DNA from: Octopus vulgaris
Lineage: Eukaryota
DNA: 64,000 nucleotides
Reading direction: 5' to 3'
Assembly: GCA_951406725.2 (NCBI GenBank)
Contig: OX597818.1
Location: forward strand, 4,092,001-4,156,000
The notes beneath the pieces were generated by a model. The model saw nothing but the letters and a program-made list of their open reading frames with translations. It did not search any database and was not told the origin of the DNA. Numbering within the stretch: the stretch's first letter is position 1; every line of letters starts with the position of its first letter. Below are positions 40,821 to 55,472 of this stretch, piece after piece. The position numbers were made by a program, and so were the translations under genes.

Positions 40821-42285
40821 CACTGGTTCACAGAGAAATTGAGGCAAACATAAAAATAGTTGCTCCAGCCTAATTTTGGGATGCTGATTTCAGATACAAA
40901 ACCAGTTTCCACTCATCACTTCTAGTTTTTGAGATATATATTGTTATGATTTTGCATCAATTCCCGTAACCATATATATGATCAAACTTAATTTTGTTTT
41001 CCAGATTTTTGTGACACATATCTCTACAATGGCTTCAGGTACTTCAAAATACAGGATGCATCAACAAGGCAAATTTATTCTGCTACATGTTGGGGGATTT
41101 CACAACAGTTGTACAGCACCAAACAATTACTTCCCTCCTGAAAACTGCTTACTTTCATTATTTTGACTGTAAAATTGGAGATCAGGACAAATCCTGGACC
41201 CCACATCTGTTGTAAACCCTGCTACAATGGACTAACTGCATAATTTAACAGCAAGAAAGCAGCCATCAACTTTGCTGTCCCAATGGTCTGGAAAGAGCCA
41301 CGAAGCCATGCAGATGATTGTTATTTCCCCACTCAAGATCTCCTTGTTTCTACACTCCCAGCAAACAAGGATCTTCTTCCTTCATCAGATGAAGAAATGC
41401 CTTCAGAGGAAGATTCTGCCAGGTCAATCTCTTCTGAAGACAATGTCTTTATTTATTCAGGAGCAAGTGACAATGACCCCCACTGAATCATGCAGGAAGA
41501 CATGAATGACTTTGCCGTGATCTATGCAACAGTCAGAGCTCCTGGCATCCTAGCTTAAGCAGTGGAACCTGGTCAAGGCAGATGTAAGGATCACCAGTTT
41601 CAGGACATGGAACCAGAACTTTGCTTCATTCTTCGACATGGAAAAGAGGTTGTGCTACTGCACAAATGTCTCTGGCTTGTTCACCTTTGGTTTCACACAC
41701 AATTCCACAGACTGGCATCTTTTCATAGACTCTTCCAAGCAAAGTATGAAGGCTGTGCTCCTGAACAATGGGAATACTTACCCCAGCATTCCCATTGCCT
41801 ACTCAGCCCACCTGAAGGAGTCATATGACAATATGGAGCTCTTTTTGGAAGCTGTCAAGTACAACCAGTATCAGTGAAGTCTCTCTCGGGACCTCAAGGT
41901 CACTGAGCTCCTTATGGGTGTGCAAGCAGGCTTCACAAAATACTGTTGCTTTCCCTGTCTCTGGGACAGTTGAGCTGTGTCCAAGCACTATAAGCGGAAG
42001 GATTGGGGATCTAGGAGCACTTTTATGCTTGGTGAACAATGTCCAAGAAAATCCTCTGGTGGACATGAACAAGGTGCTTCTTCCTCCTTTTCATATCAAG
42101 CTTGGTTTAATGAAGAATTTCATGAAGGCCATGGACAAAAATGGTACTGCCTTCCAACATTTGTGCACCGTTCTCAGCTCTGTATCTACTAAGCTCTAGG
42201 AGTGCATCTTCATCAGACCTCAGATCCAAGAGGTGCTGAAGGATAAGGACTTCTTACTTTGAAGGAATTGAGAACATGGGAGAGC
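40821..42285 (+). mobile_element. DNA transposon remnant, Chapaev3-like transposase
   Basis: Begins CACTG inside an RTE fragment. Peptides YFDCKIGDQDKSW, PMVWKEP..HADDCYF, WHLFIDSSK.SMKAVLL.NGN.YPSIP, LLPPFHIKLGLMKNF. Family assignment is from memory. Confidence 0.7.
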
Positions 42286-42423
42286 ATATATATATATACA
42301 CACACACACATAGATATATACATATACACATACATATGTAAAAGACTTTCTCACTCCCCGAGCGTTAAACTAATACATCTGTTTGTTGTTTACACACCCA
42401 TCTTCATATTTTTTTGTAAATAT

Positions 42424-42462
<39 letters not shown>

Positions 42463-42504
42463 CATAAATATATATACATATACATATATACATATATATA
42501 TATA

Positions 42505-42698
42505 CATCATCATCATCATCATCATCATTTAGTGTCCGTTCTCCATGCTAGCATGGGTTGGACGGTTCAAATGGGGTCTGTGAAGCTGGAAGGCTTCATC
42601 AGGCCCAGTCACATCTGGCAGTGTTTCTACGGCTGGATGCCCTTCCTAACGCCAACCACTCCGTGAGTGTAGTGGGTGCTTTTTACGTGCCACCCGCC
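42505..42698 (-). mobile_element. RTE 3' UTR terminal fragment within a TA/CA microsatellite
   Basis: (CAT)n tail plus terminal module. Confidence 0.85.
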
Positions 42699-42783
42699 CG
42701 CATATACATATACATATATACATACACAACGATATATATATATATATATATATATACACAAAGATATATATATATATATATAT

Positions 42784-42816
<33 letters not shown>

Positions 42817-42822
42817 CAAAGA

Positions 42823-42894
<72 letters not shown>

Positions 42895-42939
42895 AACAAG
42901 TATATAAATACATAGTGAAACTAATAGAAATGGAACTAA

Positions 42940-45376
42940 TCTCTATATATAAAACTGAAATGCGTTTTTACCGCTTGGATCGCTTTCAATGCCACTACAT
43001 CCCGTCCGATTCGCTCCAAAATTTACAGGGACATGTAGAATGAGGTGACGAAGCTCGTGGACTACCTTAGAAATCCCTATCTTAAAAGGTGTGGTTGCTA
43101 GGGGCCATCTTCCTCACTCACGCTATTTCCTCCAGTACCCTCCCACTCCTCTTCATTTATAACTTTCACAATTCCACTACCATTATTTAAAGTATCTGTC
43201 ACTCTCGCTATTTCCTCTCTTTTTCACTAACTCTGTTTCCTACCTTCCCATCACTTCGGCGGCGTTCTTTTATGTATCTGTCTGTCACAAACAACACACG
43301 AGCATGAGAACAAATATTATGAATCAGATATTCTTGCGTTCATTTATGTGTGTGTGTGTGTGTTCTATATATAAATATGTATAAATAATGTATGTGTGTG
43401 TGTGTGTGTGTGTTCTATATATAACTATGTATATATAATGTATGTGTGTGTTCTATATATAAATATGTATATATGTATGTGTGTGTGTGTGTGTTCTATA
43501 TATAAATATGTATATATAATGTATGTGTGTGTGTGTGTGTTCTATATATAAATATGTATATATAATGTATGTGTATGTGTGTGTTCTATATATAAATATG
43601 TATATATAATGTATGTGTGTGTGTGTGTGTGTTCTATATATAAATATGTATATATAATGTATGTGTGTGTGTGTGTTCTATATATAAATATGTATATATA
43701 ATGTATGTGTGTGTGTGTGTTCTATATATAAATATGTATATATAATGTGTCTGTGTGTGTGTGTCTTCTATATATAAATATGTATATATATGTGTGTGTG
43801 TGTTCTATATATAAATATGTATATATAATGTATGTGTGTGTGTGTGTGTGTGTGTTCTATATATAAATATGTATATATAATGTATATATACAAAGTGTAT
43901 ATATCTGTATTCATGTATATTAAACTTTTTCATACTTTTTCAGTTATATATATTTTTAAACAAATTATAAATATAATTTAATAATTTTTATTTTCAATTT
44001 AAATAATTTAAATTTTTCAATTTTATATTTTATATATTTTATATATTATATTTTTGTTTTTGGTTTTTCACTGATTTGCCTATTAGTGGTTTTATCTCTA
44101 ATTTAATTTATACAGATATATATCTCATTTGTATACATTTGTATATATAATGCGTGCGTGCACACACACACATATATATACACATATATATATATATATA
44201 ATGTGTGCATTATGTAGTCGGTCGATTCAGCTGAAAATATGCACACCTATGTTAAAAATGCTGGCAAGTTTGCATGACTACTATTTTTTTCCTCAAATGA
44301 AAGGTGTCACCTCTAGGACAAAATTCCTCATCTTATAAAATGTGGCCCCAGTAGACCCGAATGAAATCGGGTTATATTAACCAAAATGTGAAAAGGGGTC
44401 TAAATGGGGCTGGAAGGGGATTAAAATTTCAAGGAGCGGGTGTTTAGGAATTCTCTGTTACATCAAGCTAAAAAATTTGCGCCAGCCTTTTAATTGTCAA
44501 TGTGTTGCCGTCCATGATAAAGAAGTTTTCAATGCTTGCCATGGTGAGTCTACTGTCGTGAGAAAGAATCACTTCAAAACTTGATGTTTACGAATTTTCT
44601 TTTACATCAAGTTCAAAATTTTACGCCAGCCGTTAAACTGTCACTACGTTGCTGTCCGTCGTTAACAAATGCCAGCCATGGTGACTCTACTATCCTCAGA
44701 TTTTATCCCTTCAAACTTTGGTTTCCAATATTTTATTATTTTTATTCAGCTCACAAGTTCGTCTGTCCCTTTTAAATGTTAGCGTTTTGCTGTCTGCCTT
44801 GAAGCAGACCTTTCCATTGCCACTGCCTCATATTTCTGATTGATCTTTCTAAATATTTTATTTCTCAAATTACTCAAGATCTTCTGTTGTTTATAAATGG
44901 GAGAGAGATAGATAAAGATAGAGAGTAAGAGAAAGCGAGGGAGAGTCCGAGAGAAAAGAAAAGTAAGAGAGTGGGAAAGTGAGCGAGAAAGGAGAGAGAA
45001 ACAAATACGGAGAATCATCATCATCATCATCGTTTAACGTCCGTTTTCCGTGCTAGCACGGGTTGGACAGTGTGACTGGGGTCTGTGAAGCCAGGAGGCT
45101 GCACCAGGCTCCTGTCTGATCTGGCAGTGTTTCTACAGGTGGATGACCTTCCTAACGCCAACCACTCTGTGACTGTAGTGGGTGCTTTTTTCATGCCAGG
45201 GGGGCTCGCAGCGGCAACGAACGGTTGGTGCTTTTTACGTGCCACCGGCACAGAAGCAAGTCAAGGCGGCGCTATAATCAGCCATGTTCGGATGGTGCTT
45301 TTTACGTGCTGAAAGGAAGCAACAGAAAGTAACAACCACACTCTTACCCACGCGTAGAGCGGGTCACCTTCAGCTA

Positions 45377-45377
<1 letters not shown>
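42940..45377 (+). mobile_element. Possible non-autonomous Helitron carrying a minisatellite and an RTE fragment (45014-45310)
   Basis: 5' a|TCTCTATATATAAAA; 3' GC-rich ccc...ggg hairpin followed by CTAG|t at 45374-78. Confidence 0.45.
43345..43890. repeat. ~40-bp minisatellite (TG)n-TTCTATATATAAATATGTATATATAATGTA, about 13 copies
   Basis: Seen directly. Confidence 0.9.
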
Positions 45378-45422
<45 letters not shown>

Positions 45423-45549
45423 ATATAGTGGAAGTATTAATAGTGAAACTTAAAACTGAAAGTATAATCTCACATTACAATAGATATGTTTTGTTTCAAT
45501 TTTGACACATAATACTGAAATAGTGTAAGAGATAAGAGATTCCTCAGGG

Positions 45550-45708
45550 CTCACATTAGGCAAGAAGTTGAAAATTTTGGGGGCTCATAACACTGCATGG
45601 ATCCTAAGTAAGGCATGTGTAAAATTTGAATGAAAATTGTTGGGTAGTTCTCGAGTTTTACTGATGCACACATAGAGACAGACATCCTTAGTTTTATATA
45701 TATATAGA
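45550..45708 (-). mobile_element. Helitron-like MITE 5' part
   Basis: Minus strand starts TCTATATATATAAAA...gtctgtct...ttcaaattttacaca. Confidence 0.45.
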
Positions 45709-45989
45709 TGATTTGATTTTATATTTTTTCAAATTTACCTAGTTTTTATATTTTATTTACCTGTAATTTTAATTTATCTGCAAGGTACATGACAAAGTTA
45801 TCAATTTATACTGTGAATCATTATTGTATGTTTCTGTACATTTATGTATATTTATTTCATTTAGTTACTGGTATGTGTATTTCATTTTCTAGTTTTCTTC
45901 AACGATAAATTCCAGTATTTCATTCTATTTTCACCTTTACTACTACACCTGTCTTACATGCATTTAAGTGCAACTGATAATCCAGTAAT

Positions 45990-46294
45990 GTACACAATTC
46001 TTTGGTATTAAAATTTTGTTGTATACCTAACTGAATATTAGCTAATAACTCATTTACTATGCTGATGTTTACACAAAACTGAATAATTTTATATTTAGTT
46101 GAATTTATCTGTAATTATAGTCTGTTTGAGACTAAAATTTGTTTATGAACCTCTTAAATTGTGTTCCAAAAATTACAACGTTGATAAATAAAAACAAATT
46201 GTTTTATGAAACCAGTTTAAATTCACAATTATTTTAGAATTTAATTGAAACACATAAGGCATGTATTTTGGTCAGAAATACAGTAACAAAAGGA
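45990..46294 (+). mobile_element. Right end of the piggyBac family seen at 22378
   Basis: Aligns to 23060-23371 (gtatttttggtcagaaata.agtaac.aaagg.ttaa). Confidence 0.75.
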
Positions 46295-46344
46295 TTAAGA
46301 GCAAAAGCCATTCATCAAATTAAAAGCAATCAGTTTAAAACTTA

Positions 46345-46593
<249 letters not shown>

Positions 46594-46606
46594 CTATATC
46601 CTAGAT

Positions 46607-48040
46607 CATCATTATCAAATGTCCGCTTTCCATACTAGGATGGGTCGGACAGTTTGACAGGAGCTAGCCAGGCAGAAGCATGACAAAAAGGCAGAGGAGA
46701 AGAAACACGTCTTACTGCAGAGGACGTATGTGGTTATGTGGCCAGAGAGAGGGAAAGATCAAGAATGAGGGCAGTGTGCTGCTGTAAAGGAGATGCATGG
46801 CTACCCAGCCTGCGGGAAGAGCAAGAGAAAAAGAGAGAGAGTGGGGAAACAGCAAAAGAGAATTGGTGGCAAAGTGCTGAGGCATACTTACAAGGAACAG
46901 GGATCAAAATAAAAATGGGATGGCATACCCTCAAGGTATGGAGATCACAATATATGTGACAGGGTATTGCCAAAGAAGCAATACCAAGGGTACTGACTGG
47001 TTAAAACCTAGGTATACAGAGGGAACTACAGGATACCAATGATACAGTAAGCCAGGCCATGAGGACAGGATTAGAGAATGAGAGATAAGCCTAGTGCATG
47101 AAGAGGAAATGTGAAGAAGAGATGTAGTTTGGTTTGTTGGAGTAGGGTATGTGGAAAGTTTTATTGTTACATGTGGGTGGAACACAGTGCTTCTAGAACT
47201 CAGTTTCGCTGACATGGAATACTGGAATTTATGGTTCTAGAACTCAGTTTTGCAGACATGGGTGGGTCTTCTCAAGAACCTCACATTGCTAGATATCTCA
47301 ATCCATTGTCATATCCTCCAAGAGGCCCAACAACCCGAGATCAGTTCTCACCACTTCATCCCAAGTCTTTCTGGGTCTCCTTCTTCCAAGGGTACGATCT
47401 ACTTTCAGTGTTTGGCACTTCTTTATACAGCTGTCTTCATTAATACATATCACATGTCCAAAGAGACCACGAGATAACAAAGTAGGGGACCTTGTCAAAA
47501 GCTTTCTCCGGGTCAATGAAAGTTAAGTACAATGGCTTACTTTTGACCAAATACTTCTCCTGCAGCTGTCTCACTAGGAAGATGGCATCTGTGGTACTCT
47601 TTCCAGGTACAAAACCAAACTGCATCTCATGTAGTTTAATTCTAATCCTAATCAATTGAGCTATAACTCTCTCTGTAACTTTCATGACCTGGTCCAGCAG
47701 TTTGATACCTCTGTAGTTTTTTCTATCTAAGGCATCACTTTTACTCTTGTAGCAACTAACTATAATACTACTACACCAGTCATTGGGAATGGCACCTTCC
47801 TAAATAACCTGATTAACTACATGGGTGACTAGGCTGTATCCTACACCACCAGATATTTTAATCATCTCTGTAGTGATTCCTGATGGCTGACGGACTTCCC
47901 TGGTCTTCATAATCTTCATTGCTTTATTTATTATGTTGCTATCAAATCTGATGGCTGGTCCCTCAAATGGTTTCCTATTTGAAAGACTCTCCTTCTCCCA
48001 TGCATTTTCCACATTTAGTAACCTTTCATAGAGACACTTC
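46607..48040 (-). mobile_element. Old RTE LINE fragments
   Basis: [35 protein letters not shown] and a degraded terminal module. Confidence 0.8.
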
Positions 48041-48195
48041 TATGTCTGATCTTAATAAACATATTGAAATACAGTTTTTAAAAAATAAACTTTTTTATGG
48101 CAACATTTTATGATTCAAGTATTTGCATGTTTAATCTCATAATAGTTTTGCTTTCAAGCAAATATCATTTAAACAGAAGTAGACAAATATGTTTA

Positions 48196-48333
<138 letters not shown>

Positions 48334-48769
48334 TTACAAAGAGTACTCTTGACTGTGTGTACCAATAGTAAAAGTAGTTTCATCTTTGCAAATCTGTTGA
48401 TACATAAATAGGTCTATCTTCTCAGTGGTGCTATATCATCTATAAACTCTGAGTGTACAAATGTAAAAAAAACTGTATGAAATTTCAAAATACCAAACCG
48501 TTTAGGATCAAAACAATGTAAAATTAACTAGTTAATCACAATGCATAATATTTTTTCTCCGAATTTTGTGAAAAATAAGACCAATTTTTATATAAATTTA
48601 TTTTCAACTCATTTATTCATCAGTGGCTCAAAGAAAATAGAAGAAAGAAGCATGACCACTTAGAAAAAAGAAATGACTTGCATATTGCTGACTAGTATAA
48701 AAAGTTATAAGATGTTCCAGAGAGATGCAGCAAAGAAATTGGCATGTTCTGAATCCCAAATATTCAGAC

Positions 48770-49120
48770 TGAAATAACAGGAGCATGTCAATCCAATGCC
48801 AATCTAATTGTAAAAAACATTTAGGCAAAGATCAAGAAAAGATGCTGCTAAAGAGGACATTACCCCAATGGTTCAGTAAAGCCAGACCCAAAGATAATCC
48901 ACTATATGGACCAACTCTGTCAGAGAAGGCCAAAAGTTTAGCAGAGCATTTAAACAAGAGAGTTTAATTCTGCAAATAATTTTTTATCCAAGCAAAAAGT
49001 GCTGCTGATAACTGATAGTCTTGATTTTTTTCAATGCAGACAAAACTGGATAGTACAACAGAGCCTTCCTAGATGTTACTCAAGACAGAGAAAATAAAGG
49101 GAAACAAAAATGCTAAAAAT
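48770..49120 (+). mobile_element. Tigger/pogo transposase remnant
   Basis: LPQWFSKAR...GPTLSEKAKSLAEHL (CENP-B-type HTH) followed by FNADKTG. Confidence 0.6.
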
Positions 49121-50226
49121 TACCATAATGAAGATTTTTTAACATATCCAAAATTGATAAAAGAAAACTATTAGCCATCCATCCATCCATTCAAATTCTC
49201 TATCTACTATTCCTAAAAGTGTTACTGGGGTAGAGTCCTCAGCATTCTATCAGAAGCAACTGTCATTACACTTCCTGGCTGAATTCCCAAATGTGGCTAA
49301 CTGAGATTATGGATATTATCTAACCATCTCATTATTGGATTACTCCAAGGTCTTCTACTGGTTGGTTAGACTTGAAGAATATGTCTTGCAATTCTTTCCT
49401 ACAACATTCTAATCACATGTCTGTAGTACCAGAACTATAACTTCTGAATGTGAGGAAGCAGAAGCTTGACCTGGAGAGACTCACTGATCTCCAAGCTATG
49501 CACCCTGTTGAATAATGTTTCTCTAGTAATCTAAAGAGCATTTATTTCTTATTTGTAGCTAAAAATTTCTGGAAATTGATAAAACTGAAGTACTGGGATG
49601 TCTTTGTTGTTGTGAGAGGTCCTTATTTGTAAATGTAAAAATCTACATTGGGTACAAGAGCACAGAACAGCATATTCCACAGTTTATGTTAATGGGGTTG
49701 CAAGGGAAAAATAGGTCATAATGTTTAAATGGTTAAATATGAATATCTTGGTTTATTTAATCACTTTACACAGCAGAGATAATTACCTTTTTTAGCAGGT
49801 CTCATAACTTTCCAAACTTGTTTCACCTTCACTTCTTTCACAGTTTAATATGCTTTAGATAGGATGAACCAATTTATGAGTGCAATTATTAACACAGATA
49901 AGATCCTAATGCCACAAGAAATACTGTTTATTCTATACAATAAATATCATCATCATTCTTACATCCACTTTTCCATGCTTGCATTTGTCACAGTTCAAAT
50001 ATTTTATGGCCCTTCCTGTCACCAAACCCCACCCTTGTTTCCAAGCAAAGCAATATTTCTCTATCACCAGACAAGTTTGCATAGAAGATTGGAAACAAAG
50101 GACAGCACTTGTATGACAGTGACACTTATTGCATGATATCAAGACAGAGCCAATAACATACAACATTCTTTCAGTTTTCATCTACCCAATCCACTTACAA
50201 AACTCTAATTAGCCTGGAGCTATTGT

Positions 50227-50588
50227 GGAGGTGCAATGGCCCAGTGGTTAGGGCAGCAGACTCGATTCCCAGACCAGGCGTTGTGAGTGTTTATTGAGCA
50301 AAAACACCTAAAGCTCCATGAGGATCCAGCAAGGGGGGGGGGGGTGACAAACCCTGCTGTATTCTTTCACCACAGCTTTCTCTTACTCTATCTTCCTGTT
50401 TCTGTTGTACCTGTATTTCAAAGGGTCAGCCTTATCACACTCTGTGTCACGCTGAATCTCCCCCAAGAACTACGTTAAGGTTATACGTGTCTGTGGAGTG
50501 CTCAGCCACTTGCACATTAATTTCACGAGCAGGTTGTTCCATTGATAGGATCAACTGGAACCCTCTTCATCATATGTGATGGAGTGCT
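50227..50588 (+). mobile_element. tRNA-derived SINE nested in another, minus-strand SINE (50170-50692)
   Basis: ggaggtgcaatggcccagtggttagggc A-box head. The host SINE resumes at attgtagaagacacttgcc. Confidence 0.65.
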
Positions 50589-50763
50589 ACTTGATTGTAG
50601 AAGACACTTGCCAAGGTCCCACCCAATGGGACAGAAACCAAAATCATACGGTTGAGAAGCAAACTGCTCAACCCCATAGCCATGCCTGTGCCCAGCCATC
50701 TATCTTCCAGACATAAGAAAGCATTACTGAATTAGATACTAGTAGAAGTTTCATAATATTCTA

Positions 50764-50970
<207 letters not shown>

Positions 50971-51532
50971 TTAAATTAAAACATAAAACATACTTAAATA
51001 AAGTCACACTGTTTTTAATTAAATTTATTGTTAAATAGAGATAGTTTTACAATATTTTTACAGTTCCATGATCTTCTATATCAGTGAGCATATAGTCTTC
51101 AGAAAACCTAATGCATAAATATTCACAAATGAAAAAAAGCACATTTTTTTTATATGTCTATGAATATGATTACTTTCCTGCAGTTTTGGCATTTGCAAAT
51201 GTTAGAGCAAATGAGTTTACGACAAAAACAGCTTTTCTCTTAACACAAGTCCAAACATGATCATAGGCGACTACTGGTCTTCCATAAACAACTTTACCCA
51301 GATTTGTGCCTTGGAGGGTAACTTTCTAAGTGCAATCCTATGGTCATTCATGACTGAGGAGGGTCTTTATCTTTTAGTACAGGTGGACCATGCTGGGACA
51401 CTGCCTTGAAGAATTTTTAGTTGAATGATGGGAAGATTTTTCTCAATACCTGAATGGTATATGGTTGTCACAGCAAACTCCAATTTAAAATATAAAACAT
51501 CGTTACATGTTCAGATACATAAATTAACTTAC

Positions 51533-51587
51533 CAATTCGTTCAATTCTAGTGACTTCACGTATTTCTTGAACTTTCTGCACAGTAGG
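51533..51587 (-). CDS. RUVBL2: RUVBL2 exon 2 (PTVQKVQEIREVTRIERIG)
   Basis: 55 nt with ttctttag| acceptor and |gtaagt donor. Peptide matches the RUVBL2 N-terminus (EIRDVTRIERIG). Confidence 0.95.
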
Positions 51588-52394
51588 CTAAAGAAATGAT
51601 AATATAAAATTTCAAATTACTTACATAAACAAATACAAACTAAAATCTTCACATTCCTTCTCATACAGGTATCTATAAAGGTCTCTACCTTGAGATGATA
51701 GAAGTTTCCTGTTGTTTTCTCCTGTTCTCTTAACTACATCCCAACACCCTTAAAAAAACACAGACCAGCAAATGATGGTGGCATTATGTTCTATATCTCT
51801 CTTTTTAAATTATATTTCACTTGTAAGCTTTCCAGAATGTGCTTAGCTTTGAAGAAAGAAATTAACTATCTTACAATTTTTTTTTTTTTAAGAGACACAC
51901 TTGTGGGGAAGAGGAAGACCCAAGAAGACATGAGATGAATTAGTGAAAGCTAACCTCACAGAAAAGGTGACAATGGTCTGAGATGGTTGTGATATGATGT
52001 GCTTGAGATTCAGTCAAGCCATCTCTCACAACTCATCTTCTATCATCCATCCCTCCATCACTTTTCTAACTACAGCACAGCTAACTCACATTGTCTCCTT
52101 ATTACTGTCCCTTATCACTTCTGCCTCTTCCCTGACCCACTCCTATTTCCTTTACTTTCCCACAAACTGATATTCATCATTGATCATACCATTACTGTGT
52201 CTACCACACTCCCCATTTGTAACACTCCTTTCACACTCTTGTAAACTTACCCACCCACACTTTTTGTTCCTCTATCCTGATCATTTTTTACATTCACCTT
52301 GTACCTTTAGGTATATCTCCATCTCTCTCTTTCCAGCTGAAGGAGCCATGAATCTTTTTGGCAAGATACCCGTTTCTGTCCTATCACACTTTCA

Positions 52395-52478
52395 CCTCCA
52401 CTCAATACTATGCCTCCACTCAATACTATGCCTCCACTCAATACTATGCCTCCACTCAATACTATGCCTCCACTCAAT
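52395..52478. repeat. 18-bp tandem repeat CCTCCACTCAATACTATG, about 4.7 copies
   Basis: Seen directly. Confidence 0.95.
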
Positions 52479-53051
52479 CGAGACATCTTCTCTCGTGAAT
52501 TCTTTACTGCTGATGCTACAAAAAAGTGCCCAGCATGCACTCTGTAAAATAGTCAGTGTTAGGATGGGGATCCAGCTGGAGTAACTATGCCAAGGTAGAA
52601 ACTGGAACTTGACTCAGTCCTTTCGCTTAGCAGTTCCCATCAAACTATCCAACCCAAGCTAGTATAAAAAAAACATGAAACAATACTGATGGGTACAAAT
52701 CTTTTCACTCTCAACATATTTGATGTCAGTGATGTCAGTGAAACAAAACATTATAACCTTATTAAAATTTTCAGAAACTTGGCTTTTCCCTTCACAGTTA
52801 AAATTATGCTAGCAGTAATTTCAGTAATTCTTCATATCAATGCTTCTCAAAGTAGGTGGCACTGAAACTGCTCCCCACCCACTGTGCCTCTGCCTGGTGA
52901 TTGATGAAAAATTTTATATATGTACTAGGGACAAGAAGGTGGTAAACAGGTGAGAGAAGCATTTTTACAGTTTTTTATTCTGTCTCTTTGTCTCCTATTT
53001 AAATATTAACATTTCATGCTTGAATATTGTTGATTTTGGCTATGGGTGTCA

Positions 53052-53433
53052 TCTTTATATATAAAAGTGAAGTTGTGTGTCTGTCTCCTACGATTTAGAT
53101 TCCTAACTACTCCCACATTTTGCGGTGCAGTGTAACCAAAAGCAGGTATCTTATAGTCATGATTCATATCGAGCCCTTCTGGGTATTAGCATGAGTCTAC
53201 GATTTAAAAAAAAATTTACCATCATTTTTCCCCATTTTTAATGCATTTCTTTGCTATTATATAAGGGAAGTAACTCTCTAAAAATGTATTATTAAGTCTC
53301 AGAACGTAAAAAGCTACAGTAACACCCCCACCGTTTGTGGTTAGCCATATTGAGATAGCTATTATACTTTACATCTCTAAAAATGCTTATATAGTTATTT
53401 CCCTTACAAACCCGAGCAACGCCGGGCGACTGC
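53052..53433 (+). mobile_element. Non-autonomous Helitron-type element
   Basis: a|TCTTTATATATAAAAG start; subterminal hairpin cccgagcaacgccggg; terminal CTAG is eroded. Confidence 0.6.
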
Positions 53434-54274
53434 TTTTTTGTTAATATATCACCTCATATGTGTAAAGAGATGTGTCAACTGAAACATGGGTACAGAAATC
53501 AATATATATGTGAGCAATAGGGATACAACTTTTTTGCAACTCCATAGTCCTATATCACATTCTGATGAGCTTTTGCTAGAAAACAATGAAAATCAATAGG
53601 TTCTTTTTTTTTCTGTATTTGATTTAAAAAGTTCACCCATAACTAACTTTAAAATTTTTATGCTCGGTTGCATTTCAGTGAATTTCCAAAAAACTAGAAC
53701 CCTGCTTGAATAATAAACAAAAAAGGGGAAAAGATCCAAAACGTTTAATCCATAACTGTTAAAAGAACTGTATTCTACATTCCAGAACAATAAAAGGGTA
53801 AGTCATATAAAGTCAAATTAGTCAATAGTCAAGTTGCAGCAAGTCATTAGAGAGAATGAAATGCAATGGCAGGTTAGCTTTGTTTTTGCACAACCTTAAT
53901 TGCTTGCTCACAGCAGTGATTGCTTCTGCTGATGTTTAGTTTTGATGGCTCATTTCCAGTGATTTGTTAAGCATTTCAAAGCAGTCTTGTACGGTAGTAA
54001 GGCTTGCGATAGCTCTGCATAATCTTCAGCTCTATACATTTGGTCATTGAACCAGTGGTCTGCCCAATTATATGAGATGAACAGGCAGACCATCTGCAAT
54101 CTTCTCTCACATGTGGCATAAGGAAAAATGCAAGAAGGGATAACATTGCTCACGAATTCCATCTGGCATTACTGATGTTTGAAATTTTCTGAAACTTGAT
54201 GTATATATATATATGTGTGTGTGTGTGTATGTATAGATGTATATATATACATGTATATGTACAGATGTATATAT

Positions 54275-55404
54275 CTTCTCGATCTACATCTTGCTGACAA
54301 AACAGATTCCAAAAAATGACCAGCTAAGCGAACTTAACTTTCAACCTGTCATTCATATTCATATTTTTAAGCGTTGATTCGTAACCCTAAATCCCGTTTC
54401 TCTATTATTTATTTCGCCATCTTGTATACATGGCTTCCTGTCTGTCTTAAGATCATGCATTTTCAATCCCTCCTTTAATTTCAGTGTCATCCCGTTATTA
54501 TTCCATTCCACAGAATTCCCTACAAAATATTCTCTCTCTCTCTTATTTATATTATGTTTTACTCGATTCCCGAAGTTTCTAGATGTTCAGTAATTTCTGT
54601 TGCAGAAATTCCCCTACGAATTAATTAAACCTGTTGTTCCTTCGTTGTTATTCTTTTCCCCCAGAATTCCCTACAAAATATTCTCTCTCTCTCTTATTTA
54701 TATTATGTTTTACTCGATCCCCGAAGTTTCTAGATGTTCAGTAATTTCTGTTGCAGAAAATCCCCTACGAATTAACTTAAACCTTGTTGTTCCTTCGTTG
54801 TTATTCCTTTCCCCCAGAATTCCCTACAAAATATTCTCTCTCTCTCTTATTTATATTATGTTTTACTCAATTCCCGAATTTTCTAGATGTTCAGTAATCT
54901 CTGTTGCAGAAAATTCCCTACGAATTAAACCTGTTGTTCCTTAGCTCTCTCTTTCCTCATGTTGCCACCTGATAACCCCCCACCCAACCCCTAACTCTTT
55001 ATAAAGCAGTGTTCGATTTATCTCGTCCCTCTTCTCGATCTACATCTTGCTGACAAAACACTGATTCCAAAAAATGACCAGCTAAGCGAACTTAACTTTC
55101 AACCTGTCATTCATATTCATATTTTTAAGCGTTGATTCGTAACCCTAAATCCCGTTTCTCTATCATTTATTTCGCTATCTTGTATACATGGCTTCCTGTC
55201 TGTCTTAAGATCATGCATTTTCAATTCCTCCTTTAATTTCAGTGTCATCCCGTTATTATTCCATTCCCCAGAATTCCCTACAAAATATTCTCTCTCTCTC
55301 TTATTTATATTATGTTTTACTCGATTCCCGAAGTTTCTAGATGTTCAGTAATTTCTGTTGCAGAAATTCCCCTACGAATTAACTTAAACCTTGTTGTTCC
55401 TTCG
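54275..55404. repeat. Nested tandem duplication: ~757-bp period containing a 152-bp subrepeat
   Basis: ttctcgatctacatcttgctgac at 54276 and 55032; cagaattccctacaaaatattc at 54511, 54663, 54815 and 55269. Confidence 0.92.
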
Positions 55405-55472
55405 AGGTGAACCCGCCCTCCCACCCCTCCACCAGAACCGGCCCTCCCACCCCTCCACCGGAACCGGAAGAT

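Noticed and set aside
50227-50275. tRNA-like sequence
   Set aside because: No complete cloverleaf; it is a SINE head, as are the other A/B-box matches.
53820-54165. Minus-strand ORF with a transposase-like C-terminus (SRSNHCCEQAIKV)
   Set aside because: Too degraded to assign; no termini or splice support.
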